A stretch of 64,000 nt of DNA from a virus (lineage: Duplodnaviria; Caudoviricetes): positions 21,703 to 85,702 of IMG/VR virus record IMGVR_UViG_2690315746_000001; one strand, 5' to 3'. Position numbers and translations under genes: made by a program. Every line of letters starts with the position of its first letter. Positions within the stretch are counted from its first letter, which is position 1. Under the pieces are notes generated by a model. It worked only from the letters and a program-made list of their open reading frames with translations. It was not told the origin of the DNA and did not search any database. This document shows, one piece after another, positions 35,972 through 44,737 of the stretch.

Positions 35972-36430
35972 ATGGACAACTTCCTTCTCCCAGCTCAGCT
36001 GCAGATCTCGCTCGCTGAGCACGAGGCCCTCATCACGCTGCGCGACGCGCTGCGCGAGGAGCGACTGCCCAACGACTTCAAGTTCGACATGTCCTACGGC
36101 GCGTGCGGCGGTGACGGCTGCGGGACGGTCGGCTGCATCGGCGGCGCGGTGCGGCTCATGTGCCTGACCGGCAGCCAGCACGACATCGAGGGGCTCCATG
36201 AGCCTTATCGCCACGACGTCCGCGCGGCCTTCAGCTACGTCGAGCGGTCCGAGCTTCACCCGACCCTCGCCCCGCTCTACTACCCGCACCCGGAGGGCAG
36301 CTACCCCCGGCCGCCCTTCAACATCTACACGCAGGCCGACGCGGCCCGGGCGATCACCAACTACCTGACCACCGGCAAGCCGGATTGGCTCAACGCCGCC
36401 AGCGAGACGCTGAAGCCCTACCTGCAGTAA
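35972..36430 (+). CDS. Hypothetical protein
   Basis: FDM...CGTVGCIGG; ATG lies inside motif B. Confidence 0.7.
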   Translation: MDNFLLPAQLQISLAEHEALITLRDALREERLPNDFKFDMSYGACGGDGCGTVGCIGGAVRLMCLTGSQHDIEGLHEPYRHDVRAAFSYVERSELHPTLAPLYYPHPEGSYPRPPFNIYTQADAARAITNYLTTGKPDWLNAASETLKPYLQ

Positions 36431-36500
36431 CGACCCCGCACCGGGCGCTTTCGCGCGCCCGGATCACAGTGTTCGCTTCGTACATGAAAGCATATCCGAT

Positions 36501-37142
36501 ATGGCACGCACCCGCATCCTGGAGCGCGACGGCTTCCGCATGGGTCAGCGCGTCTTCCTCAAGCAGCCGACCATGGGCGGCACCGACGAGGACGACGAGG
36601 TCGTCTACCCGGCCGGCTCGCCGGGCCTGATCGCCGACATCGAGGACCTCGGCGGCAAGCAGGGCGTCAGCTTCACGGTCAGCATCGGGGAGATCACCAA
36701 CAACTTCGACCAGGGCGACGGCCCGATCGGCAACTTCCTGTCGGCCACGCCCGTGCTGCCGGCGTTCGCCACCCTGATCGGCCTGACCCCGAAGCAGGTC
36801 GCCGACACGATCTGCACCGCGGTCGAGGGCGGCATCAGCTACTGGGCCCGGGGCTTCCACCTCGTCTCGCCCAACGAGGCCGCGCTCAAGGAGCGGCCCT
36901 GGTACGCGAGCGCCGCGCTCTACGACGGCCCGTTCACCATCAAGGTCGTGCAGGTGGACGAGCACAAGGAGGGCGCCGGCTGCGACGTCTTCCTGACACC
37001 GGACAGCATCCGCCGCGGGCTCGCCTGGCTCGCCGCGAACAAGCCCGAGCGAATCGGCGAGATCATCGGTGAGACGGGCGACGCCTGCACCGCCGACGAC
37101 TTCATCCAGGCCTGCGTGTTCGGGGAGCTGATCTATGGCTGA
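36501..37142 (+). CDS. Hypothetical conserved phage protein
   Basis: TAVEGGISYWA...ADDFIQACVFGELIYG; ATG lies inside motif B. Confidence 0.75.
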   Translation: MARTRILERDGFRMGQRVFLKQPTMGGTDEDDEVVYPAGSPGLIADIEDLGGKQGVSFTVSIGEITNNFDQGDGPIGNFLSATPVLPAFATLIGLTPKQVADTICTAVEGGISYWARGFHLVSPNEAALKERPWYASAALYDGPFTIKVVQVDEHKEGAGCDVFLTPDSIRRGLAWLAANKPERIGEIIGETGDACTADDFIQACVFGELIYG

Positions 37143-37635
37143 CCTCACCGATCGCCAGCGGGCTGCGCTCAAGTGGGTCCTCGAGTGTCAGCTCGAGATC
37201 ACCGCGGCCAAGGCACCCAAATACAATGGCGACCAGGCCGCGGAGGAGATCCTGGACCTCGCCGCGCTCGCCGAGCTGACCGGCGACAAGGCGCTGATCC
37301 GCAGCTGCACCGAGCTACACCGCGAGCACGCCGAGAACCCGATCAGGGTCTTGCGCAAGCTCGTCGGCATGATCGAGCACTGCTGGTCGGACAACGAAAT
37401 CCTCCAGATCGGGGATCTCGATCCGCTCGACGCCGCCCGCGAAATGCTCGCCAAGGCCGACGAGTGGACCTGCCTCCCCACCAAGGACGCGACCCAGATG
37501 GCGGCCGATACCGTCGAGCTGGACCGCATCCGCACCTGGGCTAGGGACCAAGAGGAAAAGATGAACGCGGAGCCGGACGCCCGCCCGCCGGACGGCGACG
37601 ACTGGAATGACCTCCACGCACAGGTCATGCCGTGA
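37135..37635 (+). CDS. Hypothetical protein
   Basis: 166 aa coupled ORF. Confidence 0.65.
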   Translation: MADLTDRQRAALKWVLECQLEITAAKAPKYNGDQAAEEILDLAALAELTGDKALIRSCTELHREHAENPIRVLRKLVGMIEHCWSDNEILQIGDLDPLDAAREMLAKADEWTCLPTKDATQMAADTVELDRIRTWARDQEEKMNAEPDARPPDGDDWNDLHAQVMP

Positions 37636-37679
37636 CCCGAGCCCAGCCATATCCAATATGGCTGGGTTCCAGCCACCGC

Positions 37680-37961
37680 ATGTGGATGGAGAGCACCGTG
37701 GCCAGCAAGATGTTCAAAGATGGCATCCGCCGTGACCTCGAAAACGAGGTTCGCCGCCGGTGGCCGGAGCGGGCCGGCGAACTTCGAGAGCAGCTTCGCC
37801 AGCAGCAGGTCGCACCGAAGGTCATTGCCGACAATATCCGGGCAACCGGCGGCACCCCGATTAGCTTCTACAAGGTTCTCGCCGACCTGATCGACTGCGG
37901 TTTCATCCCGGTCGACGCGCACCCCGAGCGGGCCAATCTCGGCGAGCCGGAGGTTTCGTGA
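37680..37961 (+). CDS. Hypothetical protein
   Basis: ORF after motif B 37647; start uncertain. Confidence 0.5.
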   Translation: MWMESTVASKMFKDGIRRDLENEVRRRWPERAGELREQLRQQQVAPKVIADNIRATGGTPISFYKVLADLIDCGFIPVDAHPERANLGEPEVS

Positions 37962-38341
37962 GCGCCACCAAGGGCCGGCGCAGCCACGTCACCGTGCGGC
38001 TGCCCCGGGTCCTTCACCGGCGGCTGGCCGCGTGCGCGGCGGCGGCCGGCGTCGATCTCAACACCTGGATGAACCGCTGCCTGGAGGCTCACGCCATGAA
38101 GGATGACCCGCGTTTTCCGCCTACACCGGGCGCCGCCCAGGTGGTCGAGGAGGTGCAGGCGGCCTACGCCGCCGCCCAGCCCAGCCCCGAGCCGACCAAG
38201 GTCGAGCGTCTGGAGGAGACCATCCGTCTCCTGTCAGCATATGGCGAGGCCAAGTTTGGCGACGAGTGGTGGCCCGGGAACGCCCAGCCGCACCTCGGCG
38301 CGGAGCGCGGCGCTCGGCTCGAGCAGTTGCTCGATGAGTAA
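37958..38341 (+). CDS. HicB/Arc-like RHH protein
   Basis: HVTVRLPRVLHRRLAACAAAAGVDLNTWMNRCL. Confidence 0.7.
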   Translation: MSATKGRRSHVTVRLPRVLHRRLAACAAAAGVDLNTWMNRCLEAHAMKDDPRFPPTPGAAQVVEEVQAAYAAAQPSPEPTKVERLEETIRLLSAYGEAKFGDEWWPGNAQPHLGAERGARLEQLLDE

Positions 38342-38642
38342 CCGCCGCAACGGGCCCGTGAAGCGGGCCGCGATCCGGCTGCTGGCGGAGGAGCGGCGCC
38401 TGCCGCTCGCCGCGGCGGCGCACCGCTACGCGATGATGCCGATCCGGGCAAAAGTGGCGCTGTGCCGGCGCGTCGAGGCGTCCGGTAAAAAGGAAAATTC
38501 GGCCTCCCGGAAGCCCGCGGCGGCAGCCAGATCAAATATGGCTTCGCCAACTCGTTGGTACGATTCTGGATCTGCATAGATGTCGCAGGTTCCATAAAGA
38601 TAATTATGCGCGGTGAGCGTGGCTTGCCATTTGCCAGGAGAG

Positions 38643-38963
38643 ATGCCCGTGTCCGAACATACCCTCCGCCGCCTCCGTGAGGCGCGCGACAGCGCCGAGG
38701 CCGCCCGCGAGCACGACGGCTTGCAGACAGCGCTGATCGACGTGATCGATGCGCTCATCGCCGATCGACGTCACGAATCGAAGCCGCCGGCTTCGGCGAG
38801 CCCGGCCGCCTACCAGCAGGCCGGCCGGCGCGATGTGCTGCACGAGCTGCGAGCTTGGCACGAATCTCAGGCAGCCGACTGCTACGGCGGTGCCAACGAC
38901 GCGCACACGGCTTCGATCGCCGAGATCGATAGGCTGATGGAGGTCGAGAAGGCGAAGAGCTAG
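38643..38963 (+). CDS. Hypothetical protein
   Basis: SD AGGAG; MPVSEHTLRRLREA... Confidence 0.6.
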   Translation: MPVSEHTLRRLREARDSAEAAREHDGLQTALIDVIDALIADRRHESKPPASASPAAYQQAGRRDVLHELRAWHESQAADCYGGANDAHTASIAEIDRLMEVEKAKS

Positions 38964-39772
38964 ATTCTCATCGCTGCTCCCAGCCGCGCGAGCGCCGCTT
39001 CAAGACTAGAACCTTGATATTCATGGGGCGCTGCGTTCTGCACCCACCCCCTCGGAGGACCTTGATGACCGACATGCCTGCGATCGACGCCGAGCGGGCC
39101 GTGGCCGAGTTGACGGCGCTCGCGACCAACCTCGGGGTCAGCGACGCCGCGTTTCAGACCATTCTCGACGAGGTGATGACCCGGGCGCAGGCCTCGCCCG
39201 ACTGGGGCCGGCCGCACGAGGTCGCCGCCGAGGTCCGCCGGCAGCTGCTCGCGGCGGCTACCGCGCCGTAGCCACGACAACCAGCGCCGGCACACGACCG
39301 TCAGCACGTTCGTGTCCGAGCGCCAGCGCGAGATCCGGCGCTCCTGGCGGTGCAGCAGCCCGACGCGCACCGCGAGCGCCACCGTGACCTGCACCAGGCG
39401 CGTCGACACGCCGGCCCGCGCCGCGATCTCGGCGACCGACATGGTGCAGGCCTTGAGCCCGCCCACGACCCGCAGCACCGCCATCTGCCCGACCGTGAGC
39501 TGATGCTGCCCGGCGATCTCCGGCGGCAGCACGCCCGAGAACGCCATCCGCACCCGGCGCGCGGTGTCCCGCACCTTCGGCCGTACCCGCGCCCCGGGCC
39601 CGCGCAGGCGCGCGTCCGCGGCCTCGGCCTGAGCGAGGCTCAGCCGGCCGTCCGCCACGTCCGCCCATAGGCGGCGCAGCGCATGATCCACATCCATGAC
39701 CCACCTCTGTGGGCCGTCAGGCTTCAGGCCAAGCGAGGGCGTTCTCGGTCTTGACGACCGAGCCCACTTCAT
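38960..39772 (-). CDS. HTH protein resembling alphaproteobacterial plasmid replication initiators
   Basis: SGVLPP...TVGQMAVLRVV...MSVAEIAARAGVSTRLVQ...GLLHRQERR...TNV...WLSWL; upstream hairpin/terminator; start may be 39697. Confidence 0.6.
   Translation of the reverse strand: MKWARSSRPRTPSLGLKPDGPQRWVMDVDHALRRLWADVADGRLSLAQAEAADARLRGPGARVRPKVRDTARRVRMAFSGVLPPEIAGQHQLTVGQMAVLRVVGGLKACTMSVAEIAARAGVSTRLVQVTVALAVRVGLLHRQERRISRWRSDTNVLTVVCRRWLSWLRRGSRREQLPADLGGDLVRPAPVGRGLRPGHHLVENGLKRGVADPEVGRERRQLGHGPLGVDRRHVGHQGPPRGWVQNAAPHEYQGSSLEAALARLGAAMRI
39065..39271 (+). CDS. 68-aa hypothetical protein nested antisense in Rep-like ORF
   Basis: SD GGAGG at ~39054; MTDMPAIDAERAVAELTALA..., normal codon bias. 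Confidence 0.6.
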   Translation: MTDMPAIDAERAVAELTALATNLGVSDAAFQTILDEVMTRAQASPDWGRPHEVAAEVRRQLLAAATAP

Positions 39773-39819
39773 GGCCTAGTGGGGATGTTCAGTTCACCAC
39801 CTAGGCCGCTCTGCGGTCC

Positions 39820-39856
39820 CAAAGGCCTCCCGACCGCCAAGTCGGGGGGCCTTTTG
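39820..39856. terminator. Hairpin/terminator upstream of Rep-like gene (candidate counter-transcript terminator)
   Basis: AAAGGCCTCCCGAC-cgccaa-GTCGGGGGGCCTTTT. Confidence 0.7.
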
Positions 39857-40108
39857 CGTTGTTCCTTAACCCTTCGGCGACGTTCTCCAGTGTCCCGGAA
39901 TCGGGACCTGCCACCTTGGCCCTAAGCGCCGTGGTTCGTCAATCGAGGGCCAGCAGCGCCCCACTACGTCCTCTCCGTACCCACTAGAGGCGAAACACAG
40001 GAGGAACACCCCCTTGCGTCCACTCTTATCACAATGTACGAAACGTACCAGGGAGGCCGCCGCAGGCATCCTCTGCGTCGAGCCACCACCAACACCCGGA
40101 GGGTGATC

Positions 40109-40195
40109 GTGAACCCGATGCAGGCTGCCCTCCTCGCCACGTTCCTCATCGGGACCCTCGTCGCGCTGGGCATCCGCGCGCGAACTCGCGTCTGA
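40109..40195 (+). CDS. 28-aa hydrophobic peptide
   Basis: SD GGAGGG; MNPMQAALLATFLIGTLVALGIRARTRV; between two motif A sites. Confidence 0.5.
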   Translation: MNPMQAALLATFLIGTLVALGIRARTRV

Positions 40196-40217
40196 ACCAG
40201 ATTGTACGGAGCGTACC

Positions 40218-40514
40218 GTGCGCAGTCATCACGACATCCTCATCGCTGCCGAGCGCGGGCTCGCCAGCGGCCACACATTTCTCACCTCCCTCATGACCGA
40301 GATCGGCGTCGAGCGCGCCGGCACGCCCGGCTTCCGCGAGCTGGACCAGGTCATGACCGAGCGGGTCAGCGACGCCTTCGCGGAGCTGTACCCGGACCAC
40401 GTCGGCGTCGGGCTCCCCCACGCCGTTCGTCGCGGCATCCGGGCGCTGGGCCTCACCGGCGCCGAGGTCTCTGCCGCCGTCGCCCGCCGGGCCGTCGAGA
40501 ATTGCCCGGCATGA
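40218..40514 (+). CDS. Hypothetical protein
   Basis: 98 aa; start abuts motif A 40203. Confidence 0.6.
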   Translation: MRSHHDILIAAERGLASGHTFLTSLMTEIGVERAGTPGFRELDQVMTERVSDAFAELYPDHVGVGLPHAVRRGIRALGLTGAEVSAAVARRAVENCPA

Positions 40515-40999
40515 CCGCCCTCAACCCCATCACCGCCCTGCGCCTGAAGCGCACGGCGTCTCGGAGAGCACCGCTCATGCCCGTTTCCCAGAAGCCGCGG
40601 ATGAAGAAGCGCGAGGCCACCGGCCCGGCGCCGTACACCCTCGCCGGCACCCTGTTCTACGGCTTCTACGAGCAGGCCGCGCTGCGTAAGGCCGCCGGCC
40701 CGTCCATGGAGGACATGTTCCGCCGCCAGCGCACCGGCATGCCGCGCACCCGCCGCGACCTCTCCGGCCGGACCTACCACCCATGCGCGGGCGCGGAGAG
40801 CCGCGAGGCCAAGCGCCGGGCCCGCCAGGGCGTCCACCACGCCCAGCACCCGACCGTGGTCGCACGGTTCGGCGAGCTGGACGCCCGGGCGCGCGAGGCC
40901 AAGGAGGCCATCGCTCGCGTCGAGGGCGTCGACCGCTCGATGAAGAGCCGGATCGGCGCCGTCGCCGGCAAGCTCCTCGGTCGCAAGGGTGCCGCGTGA
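40511..40999 (+). CDS. Hypothetical basic protein
   Basis: Coupled ORF; start 40511 or 40577. Confidence 0.55.
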   Translation: MTALNPITALRLKRTASRRAPLMPVSQKPRMKKREATGPAPYTLAGTLFYGFYEQAALRKAAGPSMEDMFRRQRTGMPRTRRDLSGRTYHPCAGAESREAKRRARQGVHHAQHPTVVARFGELDARAREAKEAIARVEGVDRSMKSRIGAVAGKLLGRKGAA

Positions 41000-41156
41000 A
41001 CCACGACCAGGAGAAGCTGCTCAAGCGCGCCCAGGACGCGCTCGTCCAGCTCAATCACGGCGCCTGCGATGACGCGGCCGGCGTGATCCACGACCTCATG
41101 AAGGAGGTCCGCCAGCTCCAGGACAAGCTGGAGCGCCTCGACGCGCCGGAGGTCGC

Positions 41157-41465
41157 ATGAAGCTCGCCGATCTCGACGCCGCGACCGCGCTCCAGCGCGA
41201 CCTGCAGCGCGCCCAGCACGACCTCGCCGAGCTGCAGAAGCTGGTCTGGTCCGACGAGGCCAAGCGGGCCCGGGCCGACAAGGGCCCGGACGAGGGCGTC
41301 AGCCTGTCGATCACCACCGTCCGGCTCGGCACCCTCTACCTGACGCTCGACCCGGACGACACGATCTTCCAGGCGATCGAGAACCGGCTCGAGATCCGCA
41401 TCCGCGAGGCGGCCGAGAAGCTCCGGCGGCTCGGCGTCGAGGTCCCGCAGGACGTCGCGGCATGA
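41157..41465 (+). CDS. Hypothetical protein
   Basis: 102 aa, ATGA coupling, SD GGAGG. Confidence 0.65.
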   Translation: MKLADLDAATALQRDLQRAQHDLAELQKLVWSDEAKRARADKGPDEGVSLSITTVRLGTLYLTLDPDDTIFQAIENRLEIRIREAAEKLRRLGVEVPQDVAA

Positions 41466-41653
41466 ACCAGGTCCTGCCCTGGCTGCCGTGGGTCTCGTTC
41501 GGCACCGCGACCGCCGCCCTGCTCCTGGCGCTCGTCGGGCTCGCATGCGGCGATCGCTCGGTGGCCGGCGAGCGCCTGCTCGCGGCCCTTCTCCTCGTCA
41601 GCGCCTGGCTCGCCGGCCTGGCGCTCATGCTGAACTTCTGCCCCCTCCCCTAA
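41462..41653 (+). CDS. Small two-TM membrane protein
   Basis: 63 aa with two hydrophobic stretches. Confidence 0.55.
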   Translation: MNQVLPWLPWVSFGTATAALLLALVGLACGDRSVAGERLLAALLLVSAWLAGLALMLNFCPLP

Positions 41654-41709
41654 CCCACTGCCACCCCGGCCATATCCGCTATGGCCGGGGCAACCCTCGA
41701 GGAACGACG

Positions 41710-41949
41710 ATGGCCTACCGCCTCCGGGTCGCTGACCCGCGCGACATCACCGGCGACCACATGCTCGACGTCGAGTACGGCGCCTATATCGGCCCCTCCG
41801 ACATGGCTGTCGGCTGGCCGGGCACGGTCACGATCGACATCTACTCCGCCGTCACCAAGCGCGGCGCCTGCGTGGTCGAGAAGCTCACGCAGCCGGAGCT
41901 GAACAAGCTCGAGGCCAGCATCGATGCCCGCCACGAATTCGACGACTGA
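41710..41949 (+). CDS. Hypothetical protein
   Basis: SD GAGGA after motif B 41670; MAYRLRVADPRD. Confidence 0.6.
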   Translation: MAYRLRVADPRDITGDHMLDVEYGAYIGPSDMAVGWPGTVTIDIYSAVTKRGACVVEKLTQPELNKLEASIDARHEFDD

Positions 41950-42121
41950 GCTGCCGGCCGTCCGGGTCCGCCTGGACGGCAAGACCCTGCGGGCGAAGTT
42001 CCCGCTCCCCAAGGCGCGCTGGCACGGCAAGTACCCGGGGATCGACGCGGTCGTGAAGGCCGCCTGGGAAGACGGCGTCCCGCAGCATTTCGCCATCCAC
42101 TACGTGCTCGAGGAGGAGTAA
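41924..42121 (+). CDS. Hypothetical protein
   Basis: 65 aa, good codon bias. Confidence 0.5.
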   Translation: MPATNSTTELPAVRVRLDGKTLRAKFPLPKARWHGKYPGIDAVVKAAWEDGVPQHFAIHYVLEEE

Positions 42122-42180
42122 GATGACCGTCTGTCCAGCCACCGCGAACCGCAACGCCAGCTACGAACGACGAGGGGGAT

Positions 42181-42429
42181 ATGGGTAAGCGTCGCACACC
42201 GCTTTGGGTCGACCGCGAGCGCACCCGCGTCGCGGCCGACATCCACGACCCGGCTGAGTGCCAGGCGCTGATCGACCGCCACAACCGGGACCTCGACATG
42301 CTGGTCGCCTCCGGCGCCACGCGTGAGGGTGCTCCCCGTCCGATGCAGCAGGCCCACTACTACCGCAGTCAGGCTCTCGCCACGCTCGAGGCCAGGATGC
42401 GCAAGCTGAGCACGCTCGTCACCCATTAA
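42181..42429 (+). CDS. Hypothetical protein
   Basis: 82 aa, SD GAGGGG. Confidence 0.55.
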   Translation: MGKRRTPLWVDRERTRVAADIHDPAECQALIDRHNRDLDMLVASGATREGAPRPMQQAHYYRSQALATLEARMRKLSTLVTH

Positions 42430-42526
42430 CTCTTCTGTAACAGTCTGACGCAGCCCGCGTTTGGACTTGTCTTTTACTCACTCTTAACTGTACGAAACGT
42501 ACAGCAACCCATAGAGGAACTACACC

Positions 42527-44662
42527 ATGCGTATGGTCCACGCCATCCAGGAGAACCACACCGAGGGCGCGCAGCAGGTCCAGCAGACCGGCGTCGGCGG
42601 TGACGCGAAGATCGTCTACGCCCTGCTCACCGGCATGGTCTCGGACAAGGTCGTCTACCCGATCCGCGAGGTCGCGACGAACGCCTGGGAGATCTCGCCG
42701 GCTGGCAAGCCGTTCGAGGTCGAGCTACCGACGCCCTTCAACCCGCAGTTCACGATCCGCGACTTCGGGCCGGGGCTGTCGCACCGCTTCATGATGAAGA
42801 GCTACGCCAAGATCGGCGAGAGCACCAAGGACGACGACGACGCCGCGATCGGCGGCTGGGGCTTCGGCTCTAAGAGCCCGCTCGCCTACCTGATGCGCTC
42901 GGACGGCGCCGGCGCCTTCACGGCCATCAGCCGCCACCGCGGCTTCCGCCGGGTCTACGTGATCGGCGTGTCCGAGCAGGGCAAGATCCAGATCCAGTTC
43001 ATGGGCGAGTGGCCGCTCGAGCCGGAGGATCGCGGCACCGGCCTCGAGGTCTCCTTCCCGGTCCGCGAGGACGACATCGAGCGCTTCCACGACCTCGCCA
43101 AGGAGGTCTACTGGAGCTTCGAGCCGAAGCCCGTCGTCACCCCGGCGATCGACTTCGGCAAGCCGCGCGTGCTCCACAGCGGCGACGGCTGGACGATCTA
43201 CGACGCCCAGACCGTACCGTTCTCCGGCCCGCAGCTCACCCTCGGCCCGGTGATGTACCCGATCGACCCCGACAATATGCCGGCGACGGAGATGCTCACC
43301 TCCGAGACCTGCATCGTGTTCAAGGCCGAGGTCGGCACCATCAGCGTGTCGTCGAGCCGCGAGAACCTGCAGTACGACGACCGCACCGCGCGCGGGCTCA
43401 AGGCGCTGTTCGACCACTACCGCGACGACTGGACGAAGGCGGCCCAGGCCTCGCTCGACGCCGAGCCCGACTACTTCGCGGCTCGCTGGAAGGTCTGGTC
43501 GATCGTCCAGACCCTCCCGGGCGACAGCTGGCAGATCGCCCGGCGCTTCAACTACCGCGGCTACGACTTCCACGGCGACCTCTTCCCGAACGGCTGGCGC
43601 GTGAAGGCGACGCGCTGGCCGGAGGTCCGCGGCCAGGTCTTCAACGCGCACCAGCCGGTGACCTTCCGCGCCGACTGGTCGATCAACCCGGGCGAGCTGA
43701 GCGGCCGGAAGGTCGTGATCCAGCACGGCTCGAGCCGCTCGCTCGAGCGCATCGAGGCCGCCGGCCTGCTCGACACCAAGTTCCTGTGGGTGCGCTGCAA
43801 GCGGCCGGACCTCGCCTACGCCCTCGAGCGGATGGGCAACCCCGAGTACATCGTCCTCGACGACATCAAGCTGCCGAAGGCGGTCCGGGGCCCGCGCGAG
43901 AAGCGGCCGGAGAGCGTGAAGCGGCGCAAGGTCATGGGCCTCGAGAAGCTCACCACCTGGCACGACCTAGTCGATCTCGACGACGAGCTGCTCTACGTCC
44001 GCATCACCGGCCGCGGGCGCAAGCTGACGCACATCCTCTCGTTCGACGGCGAGGAGGATCGTGAGTTCTGCGTTCGGCACACCGACGACCTCGCGAGCCT
44101 CCTCGGCACGATGCGGCGCCAGGGCCTCGCCGATGCGCTCGCCGACAGCCCGACCTGCATCGTGATCGCCGAGGACGAGACCCCGCAGCCGCACTGGATC
44201 GCGCTCGGCGATCACCTCGCCGAGATGCTCGACGCGGCGATCGACCCGACGCAGGTCGCGCCGGTGATCCCGTGGAGCTACAACAGCTTCCCGACGACCC
44301 TGCGCACCATGCAGGAGAAGCGGGTCGACCTCGGCTGCGCCCCGGCCGACCTGCGCGAGGTCTACTACGAGATGGTCGCGATGAGCCGGACGCGCGCCGA
44401 GCTGGATCGCGAGAGCACCAGCCACGACCACCTCGCGGCGGTCATGCTGAACCTCACCGGCACCGACCTCAAGACCGTCGCCAAGGACCCGACCCGGCCC
44501 ATCCGCGAGAAGTTCCGCGCAATCAATGAGCGGCTGCCGCTCCTCGAGACGATCGTGACGAACAGCACCTATCACGAATACGTCGGCGGCGGTAACGGGT
44601 ACAAGCTCGGCTCGAAGGGCCAGCGTCTACTGGATCATTACTTCCAGCTCGCCACGAAGTAG
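42527..44662 (+). CDS. rIIA: rIIA-like protein (GHKL ATPase N-terminus)
   Basis: IREVATNAWE, IRDFGPGL, ESTK, IGGWGFGSKSPLAY; paired with rIIB. Confidence 0.88.
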   Translation: MRMVHAIQENHTEGAQQVQQTGVGGDAKIVYALLTGMVSDKVVYPIREVATNAWEISPAGKPFEVELPTPFNPQFTIRDFGPGLSHRFMMKSYAKIGESTKDDDDAAIGGWGFGSKSPLAYLMRSDGAGAFTAISRHRGFRRVYVIGVSEQGKIQIQFMGEWPLEPEDRGTGLEVSFPVREDDIERFHDLAKEVYWSFEPKPVVTPAIDFGKPRVLHSGDGWTIYDAQTVPFSGPQLTLGPVMYPIDPDNMPATEMLTSETCIVFKAEVGTISVSSSRENLQYDDRTARGLKALFDHYRDDWTKAAQASLDAEPDYFAARWKVWSIVQTLPGDSWQIARRFNYRGYDFHGDLFPNGWRVKATRWPEVRGQVFNAHQPVTFRADWSINPGELSGRKVVIQHGSSRSLERIEAAGLLDTKFLWVRCKRPDLAYALERMGNPEYIVLDDIKLPKAVRGPREKRPESVKRRKVMGLEKLTTWHDLVDLDDELLYVRITGRGRKLTHILSFDGEEDREFCVRHTDDLASLLGTMRRQGLADALADSPTCIVIAEDETPQPHWIALGDHLAEMLDAAIDPTQVAPVIPWSYNSFPTTLRTMQEKRVDLGCAPADLREVYYEMVAMSRTRAELDRESTSHDHLAAVMLNLTGTDLKTVAKDPTRPIREKFRAINERLPLLETIVTNSTYHEYVGGGNGYKLGSKGQRLLDHYFQLATK

Positions 44663-44737
44663 TTACCACGCCCGTCTCACGGGACGGGCGTGTCTTCCGT
44701 CTATTGTCCGAAACGTACAACCATACAGGATATGGTC

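Noticed and set aside
37958-38341. HicAB toxin-antitoxin module
   Set aside because: Only an RHH-like domain; no adjacent HicA-like ORF recognised
32450-39692. Extra DnaA-like boxes TCATCCACA (32450) and TGATCCACA (39684)
   Set aside because: Isolated, mismatched, one inside coding sequence; chance occurrence is plausible
42488-42504. CTGTACGAAACGTACAG as a LexA SOS box
   Set aside because: Spacing is CTGT-N9-ACAG, not N8, and alphaproteobacterial LexA uses GTTC-N7-GTTC
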